From: Parasitella parasitica NRRL 2501
Taxonomy: Eukaryota > Fungi > Mucoromycota
Reading direction: 5' to 3'
Assembly (NCBI GenBank): GCA_025201805.1
Contig: MU619304.1
Span: forward strand, 78,182-142,181
Length of the DNA stretch: 64,000 nucleotides
The notes beneath the pieces were generated by a model. It had not been told where the DNA came from. It searched no databases and saw nothing but the letters and a program-made list of their open reading frames with translations. The position numbers and the translations under genes were made by a program. This document shows, piece by piece, positions 26,188 to 39,638 of the stretch. Within the stretch, counting starts at the first letter, position 1; the number at the start of each line of letters is the position of its first letter.

Positions 26188-29100
26188 GCATTTGTGGATA
26201 TTCAGAAGAAATATGCAGAGTGTGTCGAAGCGAAGGCACTGTCGAAGAGCCCCTATTCCACCCATGCAAATGCTTGGGCAGTATTCGTTTTGTCCATCAA
26301 GAATGGTACTTTCTTTTTTTTTTTTTTTTGACTTAATAGAGCACATCACACAGCCATTCTCACCTATGTACTCCTTTCATGCAGTCTTATGGATTGGCTG
26401 TCGCATAGCAGAAAAAAGTGAGTAACAGGATGACAGAGATGGACCAGCGTTGCTGTACTAATGCATTGCCGCCTACAAAGATACTGTGAACTGTGTAATT
26501 ACCATTACAAATTTACACCCATTTACAAGAAGGATATGCCTACGACAATACCCAAAAGAATCTTTCTATGTCATTTAAAGAACATGCTGTGTTTGGTTTT
26601 CAGATGGACGCTTCGTGCATGTCTGGTTTCGTTTATCTGGCTCGGCGTTGTGCCATTTCTTACCATTTGGATATGGAGATTCTACTTTTGGAATGCGGAT
26701 ACCACAAATCATCTATTCAGCAAGTATTTTTTAGTAGCGCATAATAGCAACAGTGAGACAACTGCAGTAGATGCTGATCAGCACAATAGCATTTGGAGGA
26801 CGGTTTTGTATGATTGTTTGCAAGGATGGCTGATAGCATCCATTATAACTGTAGTGTTTATTGCTGGATTTCTGTTGCGGGAGTGGGTCATTCAAAATGT
26901 ACCTACCGAATTATTCGATCAAGAAGAGGAGGAAGAAGAGGAAGAAGAAGGAGAAGACGTACAGCATGGACATGAGGAAATTCCTGCTTTGATACCAGAA
27001 GCCGTACCAGTGCGAGAGCAAGAGCAAGAGCAAGAGCAAATACCGCGAATCCGCAGAGGTAGAATAAACAATCCAAGAAGGCCACCTTTGCGAGAGGAGC
27101 CATCTGATTATGAGAATCTAGAAGCCATGTGGCTCATAGATGAAGCTCAAGTTTTATCACCATCGTATGTGCGGGAACGGGATGAACGAGATCCATTTGA
27201 TCTAGATCTTGAAGACGACGATGCATTTGATGATGGCGGCTATTTCAATGAATCGGAAGAGGAGGAGGGTTCCGCTAATTCTGAAAGAATACGCGAGATA
27301 GTAGATGCCATCCAGAGAGAACAGCAAAACCAACCCAATAGGCCCAATCCTGTTGATCTCAACGCACACGATATCGACCAAGAAGTCATTGTGCCTCAAA
27401 ATGAAGAAAATGAAAATGAAAACATGGACAATGCAGCAAACGGAGGTCCTGATGGACCAGAAGAGATCGATGGCATTATGGAAGCAATTGGCATGAAAGG
27501 AAGCATCTATATGATGTTTCAAAATTCAGGACTCATGACTCTTTTAATGAGCCTTTGTTTAGGTGCTGGTGTATGGCTACCGTATGTCCTAGGCGTGTTT
27601 TTCATCACAGTAACTATTATTATTTTTTTATTTTATTTATAAACAAAAGAGATATGTACAAAAACAAAATTACGCTAGGTACATCCGTGGAATGGGGTTT
27701 TCTTATTATTAGACGGTCTGCGATACTTGTTAGACCCAGTGCTGGATTTTATCTCTGATCAATGGCTTGACTTTTATTCGCAATTGGATCCAGTATCTCA
27801 CTGGATACCAACATGGACACCCACTTTCCTCAAATCCATAATTTTAACCGCTGTACAAATTGGACAACATTTGATTCGATTCTTTTCAATCGGCACCGAC
27901 CAAGAAACTTACCTTGCTGACAATACGATGCCAATGAGTACTGCCAATACGACTTCTGCATTAACCTTATCGCAAGACATCTTGATGGATCCAACAACAG
28001 TGCAATCTTACAGTGTCTCGTTATGGCATGACCTCATTAAATTCTGGAGCTACGCTAAGCCGTTCTGTCAATCATTTCTCAATTCCTTTTCCCAGATGCC
28101 AACAGGGGATACTGCCATGGATCGTTTTGGTTGCATTGTGACAGGATATGTCATTTTGGTCGTCATTGGCTCACTATACTTGTCCAGAACTGACAATGTG
28201 TATGTTCGAATTGGTCGCACTGCTCGCCAGATTATCCGCCAGCTTGGGATTCTACTCAAAGTAGCCTTTTTTGTAACGATAGAGGTAACCGTGTTTCCTC
28301 TTGGCTGTGGTTTGCTCTTGGATTGCGTTGCGCTTTCGTTATTTTACAAGATTGGCGGTGGAGGAGGAGCGGCAGGTCATCTGTTGGCTATCCACAGACG
28401 AATGACATTTCTAAAGGAAAATGCCACAAGCTCCATCTTTATACACTGGGTGATAGGCACAGGGTTCATGTTTTTGTTCACTGCTATGGTTACATTTTGT
28501 CGTAACATTGTGAGACCTGGTGTTATCTGGTTTATTCGAGACCCCAACGACCCTCAATTCAATCCTATCAAAGAACTAGTCAAGAGGCCTTTGCTTTCAC
28601 AACTGCAAAAGATTGGGGCAAGCGCCATGATCTATGGCTTTGTGATTGAAGTTGGTGTAGGAGGTCTGGTGGCTGTAATTGGCGCTGTATTTGATGGAAT
28701 TTTACCTTTGAAATGGAGTTATACGTAATAAGCTTAGATTTTGGACATATGGCAATTAACATTTGTATACTAATGCTGATGTTACCTTTGTCTCTAGAAA
28801 ACCTTTAACTACAATTCCAATAGACCTGCTTGTGGCTATGATGGTGGTTCCCAGTATGGTTCAATATTTTGACCCAAAACAATTGTTGGAAAAAATAACC
28901 ATTCGATGGACGACCTGGTTGTGCCACCAGCTGAGGTTAACATCGTTTTTACTGGGTGGAAGGCCAATTAGTGAGGAGGGTTACATAAGATATAAAACTT
29001 GGAGGGCCTGGATTCAGCGCCCCCCGTCCAATGATGCTACGTTTCATCAGGACTCGGATAACAACAAAGAAGAAGAACAAGCAGAATTCGTCACTAATGG

Positions 29101-30313
29101 CTTGCTAGTCCGTGCACCAAAACATGATGGCGTTCGATACGTTCCTGGCCGTCGCGTGCTGGTCCCCGTTGACCCGATCACATTGGAAGCGTTGGATCCA
29201 CATGAAAGGAGTTTAGGTCACCCTGCTGCAGCAAACCTCGATCAAGACGGACAAGAAGAGGAAGACACTACCATTGTTTATTTACCACCTCAATTCAAAC
29301 TGAGAATGGCAATATTCATGGCAATCATGTGGGGCTCATGGAGTGCATTGCTTTGCTACGTATTTGTAGGCCCCGTTGCTGTTGGTCGATGGCTATTTCA
29401 ATACTACGGCATTGTCGCTGAGCCAGGTCAGAAAATTCACGATATATACGCGTACTTTATTGGCGGATGTGTCATGATCTTTGTGGCGATTTTCGTAAAG
29501 AAAACTAAAACTATCATTGCCTTGCCGGCATTTGACTTGAGCAAAGTGCTCTATGCTATGAATTGGGTACTTATGATTACGATATGCATACATGCACGCA
29601 ATATCTAGATATTTTTACTAACAAGGTACAAAATAGGCTGTTAATTTCATCACCATAGTGATTTCATTTGGCTTGATAATCCCTCTGATTCTTGGCGCTA
29701 TACTGCAATTGTATCTGATTATTCCATGTCAGAACTGGGGTTCCAGGGCACCAGTTATCGACGTGTTTTCTGTTTATACAAACGGCCTTGTTTGTTTGAC
29801 ACTAGTTGACGGCATCGCGTCGGCATTACCAAATCAAACACTCTTGCAATCGCTGATCAGAGCAAGTTTTATATTCATTCGCTTGTTGACTTCATTTTAG
29901 CCTAATCTTTCTATTATAAATAGCTGAAAGGAAATGGCATCAGTGGTTTTGACTGTACCAAGGAAATCAAGGGTTTAATTGGGCCAGTGGTGCTGAATGG
30001 ATTATTGGCAATTTTGCTTCCATTTTCTCTGGTAGTAGTTCGACATTTCTTTGGTAAAGCGACACATGCTGAAAATTGATGACAAAACACTCAAGAATCT
30101 TTTTTTTTTTTTTGCTGTTACATAGATGTTGATACAGCAAATGAAGTTGAATTTCTTCAAATCTTATATCCATCTGTGTTTATTGGCTTAGCTTTGTATT
30201 ACTCTGGCAGCGCATTTACCAAGTTCGGAAGACGGTGGAGTCAATCCATCCGCGAAGACCATTATTTAGTAGGCAGGGTGCTACATAACATGGATACAGC
30301 GCCTTTGATGTGA
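26093..30313 (+). CDS. Doa10/MARCH6 ERAD RING-CH E3 ubiquitin ligase
   Basis: [23 protein letters not shown]|LMDWL..YCELC RING-CH; many transmembrane segments; [14 protein letters not shown]; C-terminal [14 protein letters not shown]. Confidence 0.93.
26151..26187. repeat. (ATT)n microsatellite in Doa10 intron 1
   Basis: About 12 tandem ATT units. Confidence 0.9.
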
Positions 30314-30901
30314 TATGTCATGTTAATTATATTACATGTTATTTGCATCTCCTGCATTTGTATATATTAAAATGAACTCTAAAGCCATTAAATCTTCTTT
30401 TTTTTTTTTTGCACATGATTGTTGTATTGCGTTTGTAATTGACATGTTTGTCAGTCAAAATTGCCTAATAGTACCCAGTATTTCTTTGTTCCAATTTGAA
30501 AGAATACAGACAAAGTAGGAAATGTTTATATGATATGTGTGCTGGAACTGAGTTGATGATATCCAATAATGCATGAGGTCCCATCAAATTTATTCTTTAT
30601 TTGGCATCAAGAAGAAAGATTTCATGCCCCTCTATCAAATGCCTATCATTACATCGTTTCACCAATCTGTAGTCTTGATGGGTGCAGTTCCCTAAATAAT
30701 AATAGGAGTTCAATGTTTTGACAATCTGCCACCCCGTCGAAAAAGAGCGAGACCCCCCCCTCATATAACTTCCACGCGAGCGGGATTTAAGGTTATATGA
30801 TTTTCTTATAAAAGGAGGCCACCATGCATCCGCAATTTGGTTTTCGTTCAAATCACTCCAAGCTCTATTGCTCATATATACATCATACTACTTGTCTAAA
30901 A

Positions 30902-31486
30902 ATGTATTCTACCACCGCATCATCTCGCATTGTTCTCTTCCTCGCCGCTGCATTGATTGCTTGTGCTTGTTTGGTATCTGCTGCTCCTGTCACAAAGGGT
31001 CTTGATTTGAAAGCTGGCTCTGCGCTGCGCATCAGCATTTTGAAGAAGGTTGATGAAGATGAAGATGAAGAAACCACATCCACTTCCACAAAGACGCATA
31101 GAAAGACCAAGACCTCTAGCGAATCCACTGCAATCGTCAAACTTGCCTCAAAGAAGAAGAGCAAGAGTAGCTCTTCAGGTGATTATTCCGGGGACGCTAC
31201 ATACTACAACACTGGCCTTGGATCTTGTGGCTGGACTAGCAAAGAATCTGAATTGATTGTTGCTCTTAACATTGGACAAATGGACAACGGCGCCAACTCC
31301 AACAACAACCCCAACTGTGGTCGTTCCATTACTGCCACTGGCCCCAAGGGATCAGTTACTGTGAAGGTCGTCGATACCTGTCCTGGCTGTGCAAATGGCG
31401 ATTTGGATTTGAGTCCTGCTGCTTTCGAAAGGATTGCTGATTTGACTGCAGGCCGTGTTCCCATCTCTTGGTCTTGGAGCTCTTAA
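30902..31486 (+). CDS. Secreted RlpA-like double-psi beta-barrel (expansin/loosenin-like) protein
   Basis: Signal peptide, Ser/Thr/Lys linker, GDATYY..GLGSCG..IVALN..CG..V.VVDTCPGC..DLDLSP.AF. Confidence 0.9.
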   Translation: MYSTTASSRIVLFLAAALIACACLVSAAPVTKGLDLKAGSALRISILKKVDEDEDEETTSTSTKTHRKTKTSSESTAIVKLASKKKSKSSSSGDYSGDATYYNTGLGSCGWTSKESELIVALNIGQMDNGANSNNNPNCGRSITATGPKGSVTVKVVDTCPGCANGDLDLSPAAFERIADLTAGRVPISWSWSS

Positions 31487-32091
31487 GTTACCCGTACAAT
31501 CCTTTGGCTCTTTCTCTGGTAGAAGGACTATATCTCGCTCAGTATCTTTCTAACTTGACGTTATAATTGCTTTGCTCTTCTTTTTTCTTTTTTTTTTTTA
31601 ATTTACCCTCAATTCGATTCAGTTATACATATTTCCTAAATACACTTCACCTCTTTTTGATAAAGAATGGGCTGGTTCCAAAGCTTAATAAAAACAATAC
31701 GTCTTTTGACAAGATATAACAACCATATACATGTAAAGTGTTCCTAGATTGCCTCATTTATTTTTATCTCATCAGATGTTCCTGATTCATATCTCTCTGT
31801 TTTGTATTAAAAAGCAGACAGCTCAGGGGCATCTGGCCACCAAACAGTTTGGGTCTCTTTTTGACATACAATCAATTTCCATATTGGTACGCTGCGTACA
31901 GAATCAACTCGGTACGATTAAAGTGCTAAAGTAAACAAAAATTGTTATATACCAAAGCCTCTCGATGTCATAGAATGTGATTAGTAAAGAGATATTTTAT
32001 TATTACAGGATTGTTAAAATAATATAAATCAGAGGACGATTTTGGTTTACATAATTTTTTTTTGTTTTTTTTTGTTTTGTTTTGCTTTTTT

Positions 32092-35000
32092 TTACAGTCT
32101 AACAGACAATGATTGATCAATGCAGTGATTAATGAAATCTTTTTTACATGTCATGTCCATGCCAAATACACGTGACAATTTATCGCGCACTTGCTTTTTC
32201 GTCAATTGCATCAAATCATTGTGATTGAGGATGTTTTCTATTTCTTGCATGATGGCTGCATCATTTGGAATTGCAAAGAATGAGTTGGAGCCCATCACGG
32301 AGGGTGCCCGTGAAAAACTCGGACCGTGAAAGTAGGCCGAGGCGGGCTCAGCAGTGTAGTAGCCATCACCGCCATGTGGAACGCTCAGGCCTTCGCGAGT
32401 GTTACTGTTGCTGTGCTGATGCAGTCTGTCTACAGATGTAGTAGATGGCGATGTGTTACTGCTGTATAACCACTCCATACGTCTTTGGTCGCTGTTATTA
32501 TCTTGAGGATCGTCTTGATGTTCGATTTCATCGTCAGACTGATGCGAGTGTATGGACGTAGATGCTGATGAACAATGCGAATGGTGGGCGTCGTCTTCAT
32601 GATGAAGAGTGTGCTTGTCGCAGGAGCAGTCTGATTCTTTGCTGTGTTTAGAGCACATTGATTGCTGCTCCCATTCTTCCATCATTTCCTGCTCGTGCTG
32701 AGACCATGATTTGGTTGGAATAGTGTCGGGATCAAAAACACCTTCTTCAGGACCCACCGCCTTCTTCTGTCCTTTTTCGCCGACGACAATACGTGTGTTA
32801 CCCCAAGAGAAATCATCGAAATGCCAAAATGCGTAGATCGGGATGGCGAACGAAAACACTGGTATGGCAAGGATGTAAACAATCATCCAACCGACATGCT
32901 CCCACTATAATAATAAAAAAAAAATGTTGCGTATTATTAGTAAACTGTTTTGCTACATTGGGGTTTAAAAAAAAAATCTCGGCCTATAACCCGATCCAAC
33001 TTACTTTGCGTCTCAAAATAAAGATGACGGCTTGAAGGCCGTAAACACCAGCGAGCGTAATGATCGACATGAGTGGAACCTGATTTGTGTTTGTGCACAG
33101 TTGGTAGACCAGATAGCCTAAATAGCATACCACCGCCGGCATCACCAGCGTACTGAGTAAATCCAGCATCACCACAAAACGCATTGAGAAGCAGCAGAAA
33201 CCACACAATTGGGGTAAAAACATGAGCTCGCCCAAGTTGTGCACAGTCGAGTTGATCCATCTTCTACGCTGCGACAGCAACACAGGCCACTGGTCTGGGG
33301 CGTTTGTCATACAGGCGGCATCCGGGGTAAATTTGGTCTTGTAGTTTGGAAAGTGTTTCAAAATAAGAGTCGTCAAGTAGCGATCTTCGCCTAGATGCAG
33401 CAAATTCTTCTTGTGGAGGGTGTCGACGTGGTTCTCAGCATAGTCGTTGATGACCTGGTTAGATGCCAGCAGGGGCTGATTTCTGGTGGTGGAGCGGATA
33501 CGATACATGCAGAAACAGCCGGGGAGACAGGTAACTGATCCGAAAAGCGACTCGAATGCTTTGGCCAAATGGTGCGAAATGTAATACTCGTACACTTGAA
33601 TCATGGTGACCCATGTGTCCTTTTCGTTGGACAGCATCGTCTCGCCGCAAAGCCCCACAATTTTAGCATCGTTGACAAAGCAAGACACCATTCTGTTCAA
33701 CGACTCGGGCAGAACCTCTGTGTCTGCATCCACCATCAGCACAAACTCATAAAAGCCGGGATTTACGCCAATGACGTTCTTGAGTTGATGGTGGATCTCC
33801 AGTTCGAGGGGTGTCATGGGTGCATCAAAGTGGACTTTGTTCAGGAATCGCATAAGCACCATCTGCGAGTCTCGCTTGCCACGGTTGCCAGGTTTCTGTC
33901 TTTCGTCGGGTGTGCCTACTTTGACCACAACGACGTACGGAACCACATGTCCTGAGCATTCATACAAGCCAGAGTACACCTTGCCCATGTTGTGCTGCTT
34001 CCGTCCTTCTCCCAGGGCCAAAAATGACATTGGCTCCGGGTCAATGTTTGGATCCACACCCAATATGTCGAGAACAATGCGAGGCGTAGATCTGTCGTTG
34101 CCGCTACCCACAATCATGCCGTCGGCAATCAGGAATAGCAGTTTGCGCTTATCGTCGTATTTCATCACAGCCAGTGAATTGATGGTTTTTCTGAGCGATT
34201 CCTCGCCTTCAGTGTAACAAGGCACCTGGCAGATGATGAACTTGTCGTATTCTTCGGGCACACGCTGGGTTCCCAAACGAAGAGCAGCCAAAAACTTGAA
34301 TAGAATGACACTGCACAGGAACCCGGTAATCAGCAGCAAGAGGTACTCTGAGAACAAGCACTGGAGCGAGTTTCTGGTATCGACCTTTCCGACCAAGAAC
34401 AAGTTGCGCAAGCAGATCAACTGTCGCTCCCGCACCATTTTATCCAGCGGTAAGGCATCGAAATGGGCAGAGATGTCAGTTCCCGCAAGCTGACGGAACA
34501 GTTCCGTGATCGAGTTGTCGATAAAGTCCAGGTTGATGTTTGAAGGCAGCTCTTGGCCTTCAGCAGCGCGAGGCACACGGCCACCCATCATGTAGGACGT
34601 CAAGTCAAACACATTGTTGTGCAGGATGGCCCACTGGCGCTGGGTATTGATGCCACCAATCTGCACCGGGTAGGCAGCTTGGTTCTTGATATCGACAGGG
34701 TCATAGCCCATGAACCCAATGCGGTAGTTTCGTCGTAGGTACACCATTTGCTCAAAGTACCAATCGGGGCGATAGTCATCCCGGAAGCTTCGAAAGTCGT
34801 GGTAAGCCGCATTCGAATCTGTGATATTAATATGGACATCCAAGGTCACTTCCTTGGGCACAGTGCCGTCAATGCCGTCGCACACTGCAGAAACTTGGAC
34901 AGGAAACAGATCGCTAGCGTCTTGCCCAGCGTACTGGAACAGAGCGTTGGTTGGAATCACCTCTGACGCCCAATGTCGCGGGGCAAACGACGTTAGATCA

Positions 35001-37711
35001 AACACTTCGCCACGGATAGCGATGAACGCATTGTCTCTATCAGATTTTGCTTGCAGCTCAGATTGCGTAAACAGGTCTTGGTGAGGACAAACGAGTCTGC
35101 CAAAGAAGGCAATGAACCAGATCATGACAGCGCACAGCAGAAAGATCAGCCCACATAGAGTTACTTTTTCTCTCCATGCCATGCGGATGTCTGACCGACG
35201 CATGCCGCAGAGACGGCTCATGATGAGGCTGGGAACCCACCATGTGGTAAGCCATGTCATGGCCACCCAGCATCCTCTTGAACGGCTTGTTTTTCGCTTG
35301 CTATTCTTGTCTTTGCTGTCTTTGCTGTCTTGCTTTTTAGGATCAGAGTCGTCTTGGCCGCCTCCAAAGACGTGTTGGTGGTGCTGCTGCTTTTCGTCGC
35401 CGATTCCGCTCATTGTGATGGTCTGAACTGCACTGTCACCGCACTGATGCGAGCAGACCGAGTTGGACTCTTCTTCGTAGCATCCGTCAAAACATTCTTC
35501 AGAGTATATCGAGCCAGTTTCAGCCATGGATCTGCACGAAGGCGGTATCAACTGCGAGCATACCTGGCTCATGCTGTCAAATGCATCCTCATCTTCCTCG
35601 ACTAAAAGGTAAGTCAGTATACGCAGGCCATATATGTATGTATGTATGTATGCATGTTTGTATGCATGTATGTATACATATATCTGTGGATCTTACCAAA
35701 TGGAATCCCTTTCGCTATACATCGTGCTCTGCGTTGCTCGCGTTTTTCAATGGCACGCAATTTATTCTCTAGCAATGTCCAAGCTGTTTCTGTCAGGTAA
35801 ACCTAAGGAGAGCAGTTGGCTATTTTTGCGACATTCAGCTTGCAAAAAGCTTTCTTACCTTTTCGCCGTCTTGTATCATCATCTTGTCATTCCAGTGAAA
35901 GGCATCCTGTAAAGCGAGCCATTTTTCTCTTGGTTCCGCATCCAGCTCCACAGAGGTTGCATGGATCAGATTCATGTATCGGTCGCAAAACTCCTGTAGT
36001 TCCATATGGATGGTGTATTCTCGCTTGGCTCTGATCGTCAGTGCCATCAGGTTGAACACTTTGGCTTGCGCAACGAGCTTTTTAGAATCGCATGAGTGGG
36101 GCAAAAGCAAATCGTTGGATCGCAGACATAGCACGAACCATGTCTTTGTGGTATTTAGCGTTTGGATGATATCCTGCACGCCCTCGCGCAGCTGTCCTGC
36201 TCGGCTGGCATTGCTGCTATTGGTTGTATTGGCAGTGTCATCGACGGTGGTTGTTGCAGTGCCTGATTTGCGTTTTACAGAGGGCGACCGATGAGGTTTT
36301 CCAGATTGTTGTCCAGAGACAACATGTGTACTTTTGGGGTGTTTTTCTAATCGTATGGTTTTCTGAGAAAAGAGCTTTGTTACTAGTCGGTTGGTGGGTG
36401 CTTCGTTGATGCTGGTTCCATCCGCGCCAAACAGGGACATAAAGTCAGCACACAGCGTCTCTGTAGTGCGTGTGCCAAACTCTACAGGAGAATAGGCAAC
36501 GGTGCCTGTAAAATGCTGGATCGTAAACAGCGTTGTTCCCATGCCTGATTTGCTTCCAAGACAAGGGTTTTTGCGGTGATGCTGTTTAAATGTGTCGACG
36601 CACTTTTCAGGGTTGCTGTTGGGTAGTGTGGACTGGTGGCAGAGTGTGGCTATCAACCCATGCTGGGCGTCGTCCAAAAGCTGCACACAGGTATCGTTGT
36701 AATTCACACTGGGTTGGGCCTGAGGGGGCATATTCAAGATGGAATACACCTGGTTGTTTCTTTCAAACAGCTGATGCAACATAAAATTGTGCAGTCTTTC
36801 GTTGGCATAAAGCATGCAGAATTGATCGTACGAAGCCGTCTGCATGGGAGCAGCGCCTGGGAAATCTACAATCCCAATAAAGTTTTCGAATTCTGGTTTG
36901 CACAGCTTCTTGTTGAAGCTCTCCACCAGCCACGAGAACAAGAGCGAGTACATGGCTTCTGCAAGCGCATCACGCTGCACAGCAGCTTGCTCTGCATTTA
37001 AAAATATAGTCGTCAAATCCCGCTTGATCAGCTTGGTCTGGTAAGTTAGACATGTCTCTAGCGCCTTGGTCTCCACGCCAAGTAGTTCTGCTGTGATTTC
37101 CAATTCCTGTGTATTTTTTACAATCGCCGAGTCTTGAATGTTGGCTGCATCGTCGATGAACTGAAGGTTGCCTAAATGCAGTATGGCTGCAATGATCTGG
37201 CTGATGTGAAGCATCGTGGCTTTACTGATGCCTAGCGACCGCAATAGTGCTTTCAACTCGTTGTATTTTTCGGTGTCTTCCATGACAAGGCCACTTGCTA
37301 ACCTGGCTGCTTCCTTGGTTTTAAATAGATAGGCGAACGAGGATGCATCATTCAGTTGCAGCATCGATTTCTCTTCGGGCGTAGATCCATGCAAAACATA
37401 GTAAAAGATGTGAAAGCTGCGCTCGTCTCCAGAGGTGTGTGTTATCCGAGACTTTTCAAGCATGTAATCCAGGAATTTTGCGCCGACCATGCGGCCTCTT
37501 TCATTAAACTGCAATTCGAGGTATTTTCCAAAGCGAGATGCATTTTCATTTACTGTGGTTTTTGCATGTCCAAATGCCTCTAATGCGCCATATGCTTTTT
37601 GGATCATTTGCTGTATCTTTGATGGCTTTTTTGGGTTGCTGAGTGTCACTAGATGATAGAGCGTCCATTGATGCATTTCAGACTTTCCGCTGCCACATAA
37701 ACCACTATGTA

Positions 37712-37774
<63 letters not shown>

Positions 37775-38176
37775 AGGGGGGGATGAAGGGGGAAGAGAGG
37801 GGGAGGTTAAGATTTCAGTAATTAAGGAGTACTTGTTATACATTTACCTCAATACTATTGATTGATCATTTCCAGTACGTCTCATATGAAAGTATGCCTG
37901 ATTGATGTGTTGAAATATATGGACTGGAAGTTTGTCTCTGCCATCTGTAGCTTTGTATTCTGCCAGGTATCGCTCGCTTGTCTCTTGGATCTCGGCACGA
38001 GAGTCCTTGTAGGGATTTATCATCACAAGCAATGAGTTTCTTACACGAGTGTAAATCTGATCTTGTAGGAATCTTTCTCTGAGCGTATTTGCGATAGTCT
38101 CATCTGTGATATTCTCGATGTCTGCAAGGTCATCAAAAGTCGATTGCAGTTTATTGGATATTGCATTGGAGGCCAT
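32092..38176 (-). CDS. Class V chitin synthase with N-terminal myosin motor domain
   Basis: Myosin P-loop S|GLCGSGKSE, NENASRFGK, ERSFHIFYY; two cytochrome b5-like domains; GT2 motifs DADT, LGEDRYL, QRRRW; C-terminal DEK-C domain. Confidence 0.95.
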
Positions 38177-39638
38177 TGCAAAAAGTTGAACAAACAAACA
38201 AAAAGAAGAGCGAGAGAAGAGAAAGAAAGAATTCTTGATTAAAAGAATAGATGCACAATTATGATTCAAACCAAAATCACCCAGGAACGTTGTCCTAAAA
38301 AAGACTTTCTGCATGTCCATATGCCTATCATTTAAAAGGATCTCCTTTTTTTCTTCTACAGCTTGTAAGTATTATTAGCTTCCCCTTAATTCAAGTACTA
38401 TTTAAATGGTTCTGGCAATGTGCAATGCTTTCACTCGAGAATACTATAGGAAAATTCTTTGATTCGTTAAAACTCTCAATCGTTGTTATTCAAGGTTATT
38501 CCAAGATTGAAGAAGATTCAATAAAGACAGCATTTAAGAATAGTGAAAATTAAAAGCTCAGGTTTCTAAAAACAACATTCACATATTACATCTATTGATA
38601 ACTCTATTTCACTCAGTTGGATTTTATGGGATTGCAACTGTTAAAACATAAATCGTTAACTCATCTCGACGATGAAATGATCTTTCTCGATATATCATTG
38701 TTGAAAATTATTCTCAAGCCTAAAATATTGTTCTGAAAAAAAGAAAAGAAAAAAACTGCTCAAAGCAGGTAATAGATAACAGAAGCACCTACGTAAGATT
38801 TTGTATATTCAATTCCCCATCTTTTTCATTTTAGGCTAATATCAACCACTTTGACATTGACTTGTCTTAGGAGGGTTTAGAGTACCAATTCTATTTGCAA
38901 GATAGTACGACTATAATGAGTGTCATTCTCAACATGGCTGTTTATTACTCAACTAATACTTGATCGAATAGAGCTGGAAAACTTGAAAAAATCAACCACA
39001 GTGTTGGAGATATTGGAAGCATTACAGCAACGAATCTACATGACAATCATATCGATAGCTACTTCAAGCCCCCATATCTTGCAAATCAATTATTCATCAA
39101 AGATATTGATAAAATAGAGCTTGGATGGATTTAAAGAGAATCTTATCGAACTGAAAGAACCAATTTTGATGGGGTCTTGTTTAAGGTTGGGAAATCTGTT
39201 GTACCAGCACTTTAAGCATTTAACCAAAATTAGTCTCACATAAATGAGTAAATTTAGAAGATTTGTTTCTCCTTGATGAAGTATATGTATATAATTTACT
39301 TGTCGCAGAATGAGGGAGCCCCCTGATATGAAAAAAAAAAAAAAGATTCTAGTGCTATCACTTTCATTTGAAACCACACACACACCACAGCCATTCAATA
39401 ATTATCACTTTTTGTTTGCTGTACAAGTTGGATAGCACAGACTGATCAAAATGTATATTAATTTTAAGGGATATGCAGATCAAGCAGCTGTTTGTTACAC
39501 CAAGCCAAACAGCAACAAGCGCGAAGAACTCGCAAGATTAAAAGCTATTGGTAATGATTGTCTTGGACATGTGGAACTTTATACACAATGCTAATATGTA
39601 TTTCGTATGGTGATGATGTAAATGTAGTAGTTAATTAA

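Noticed and set aside
33459-37583. Many antisense and alternate-frame ORFs over the chitin synthase and other genes
   Set aside because: Shadow ORFs caused by higher GC and codon bias of the real gene.
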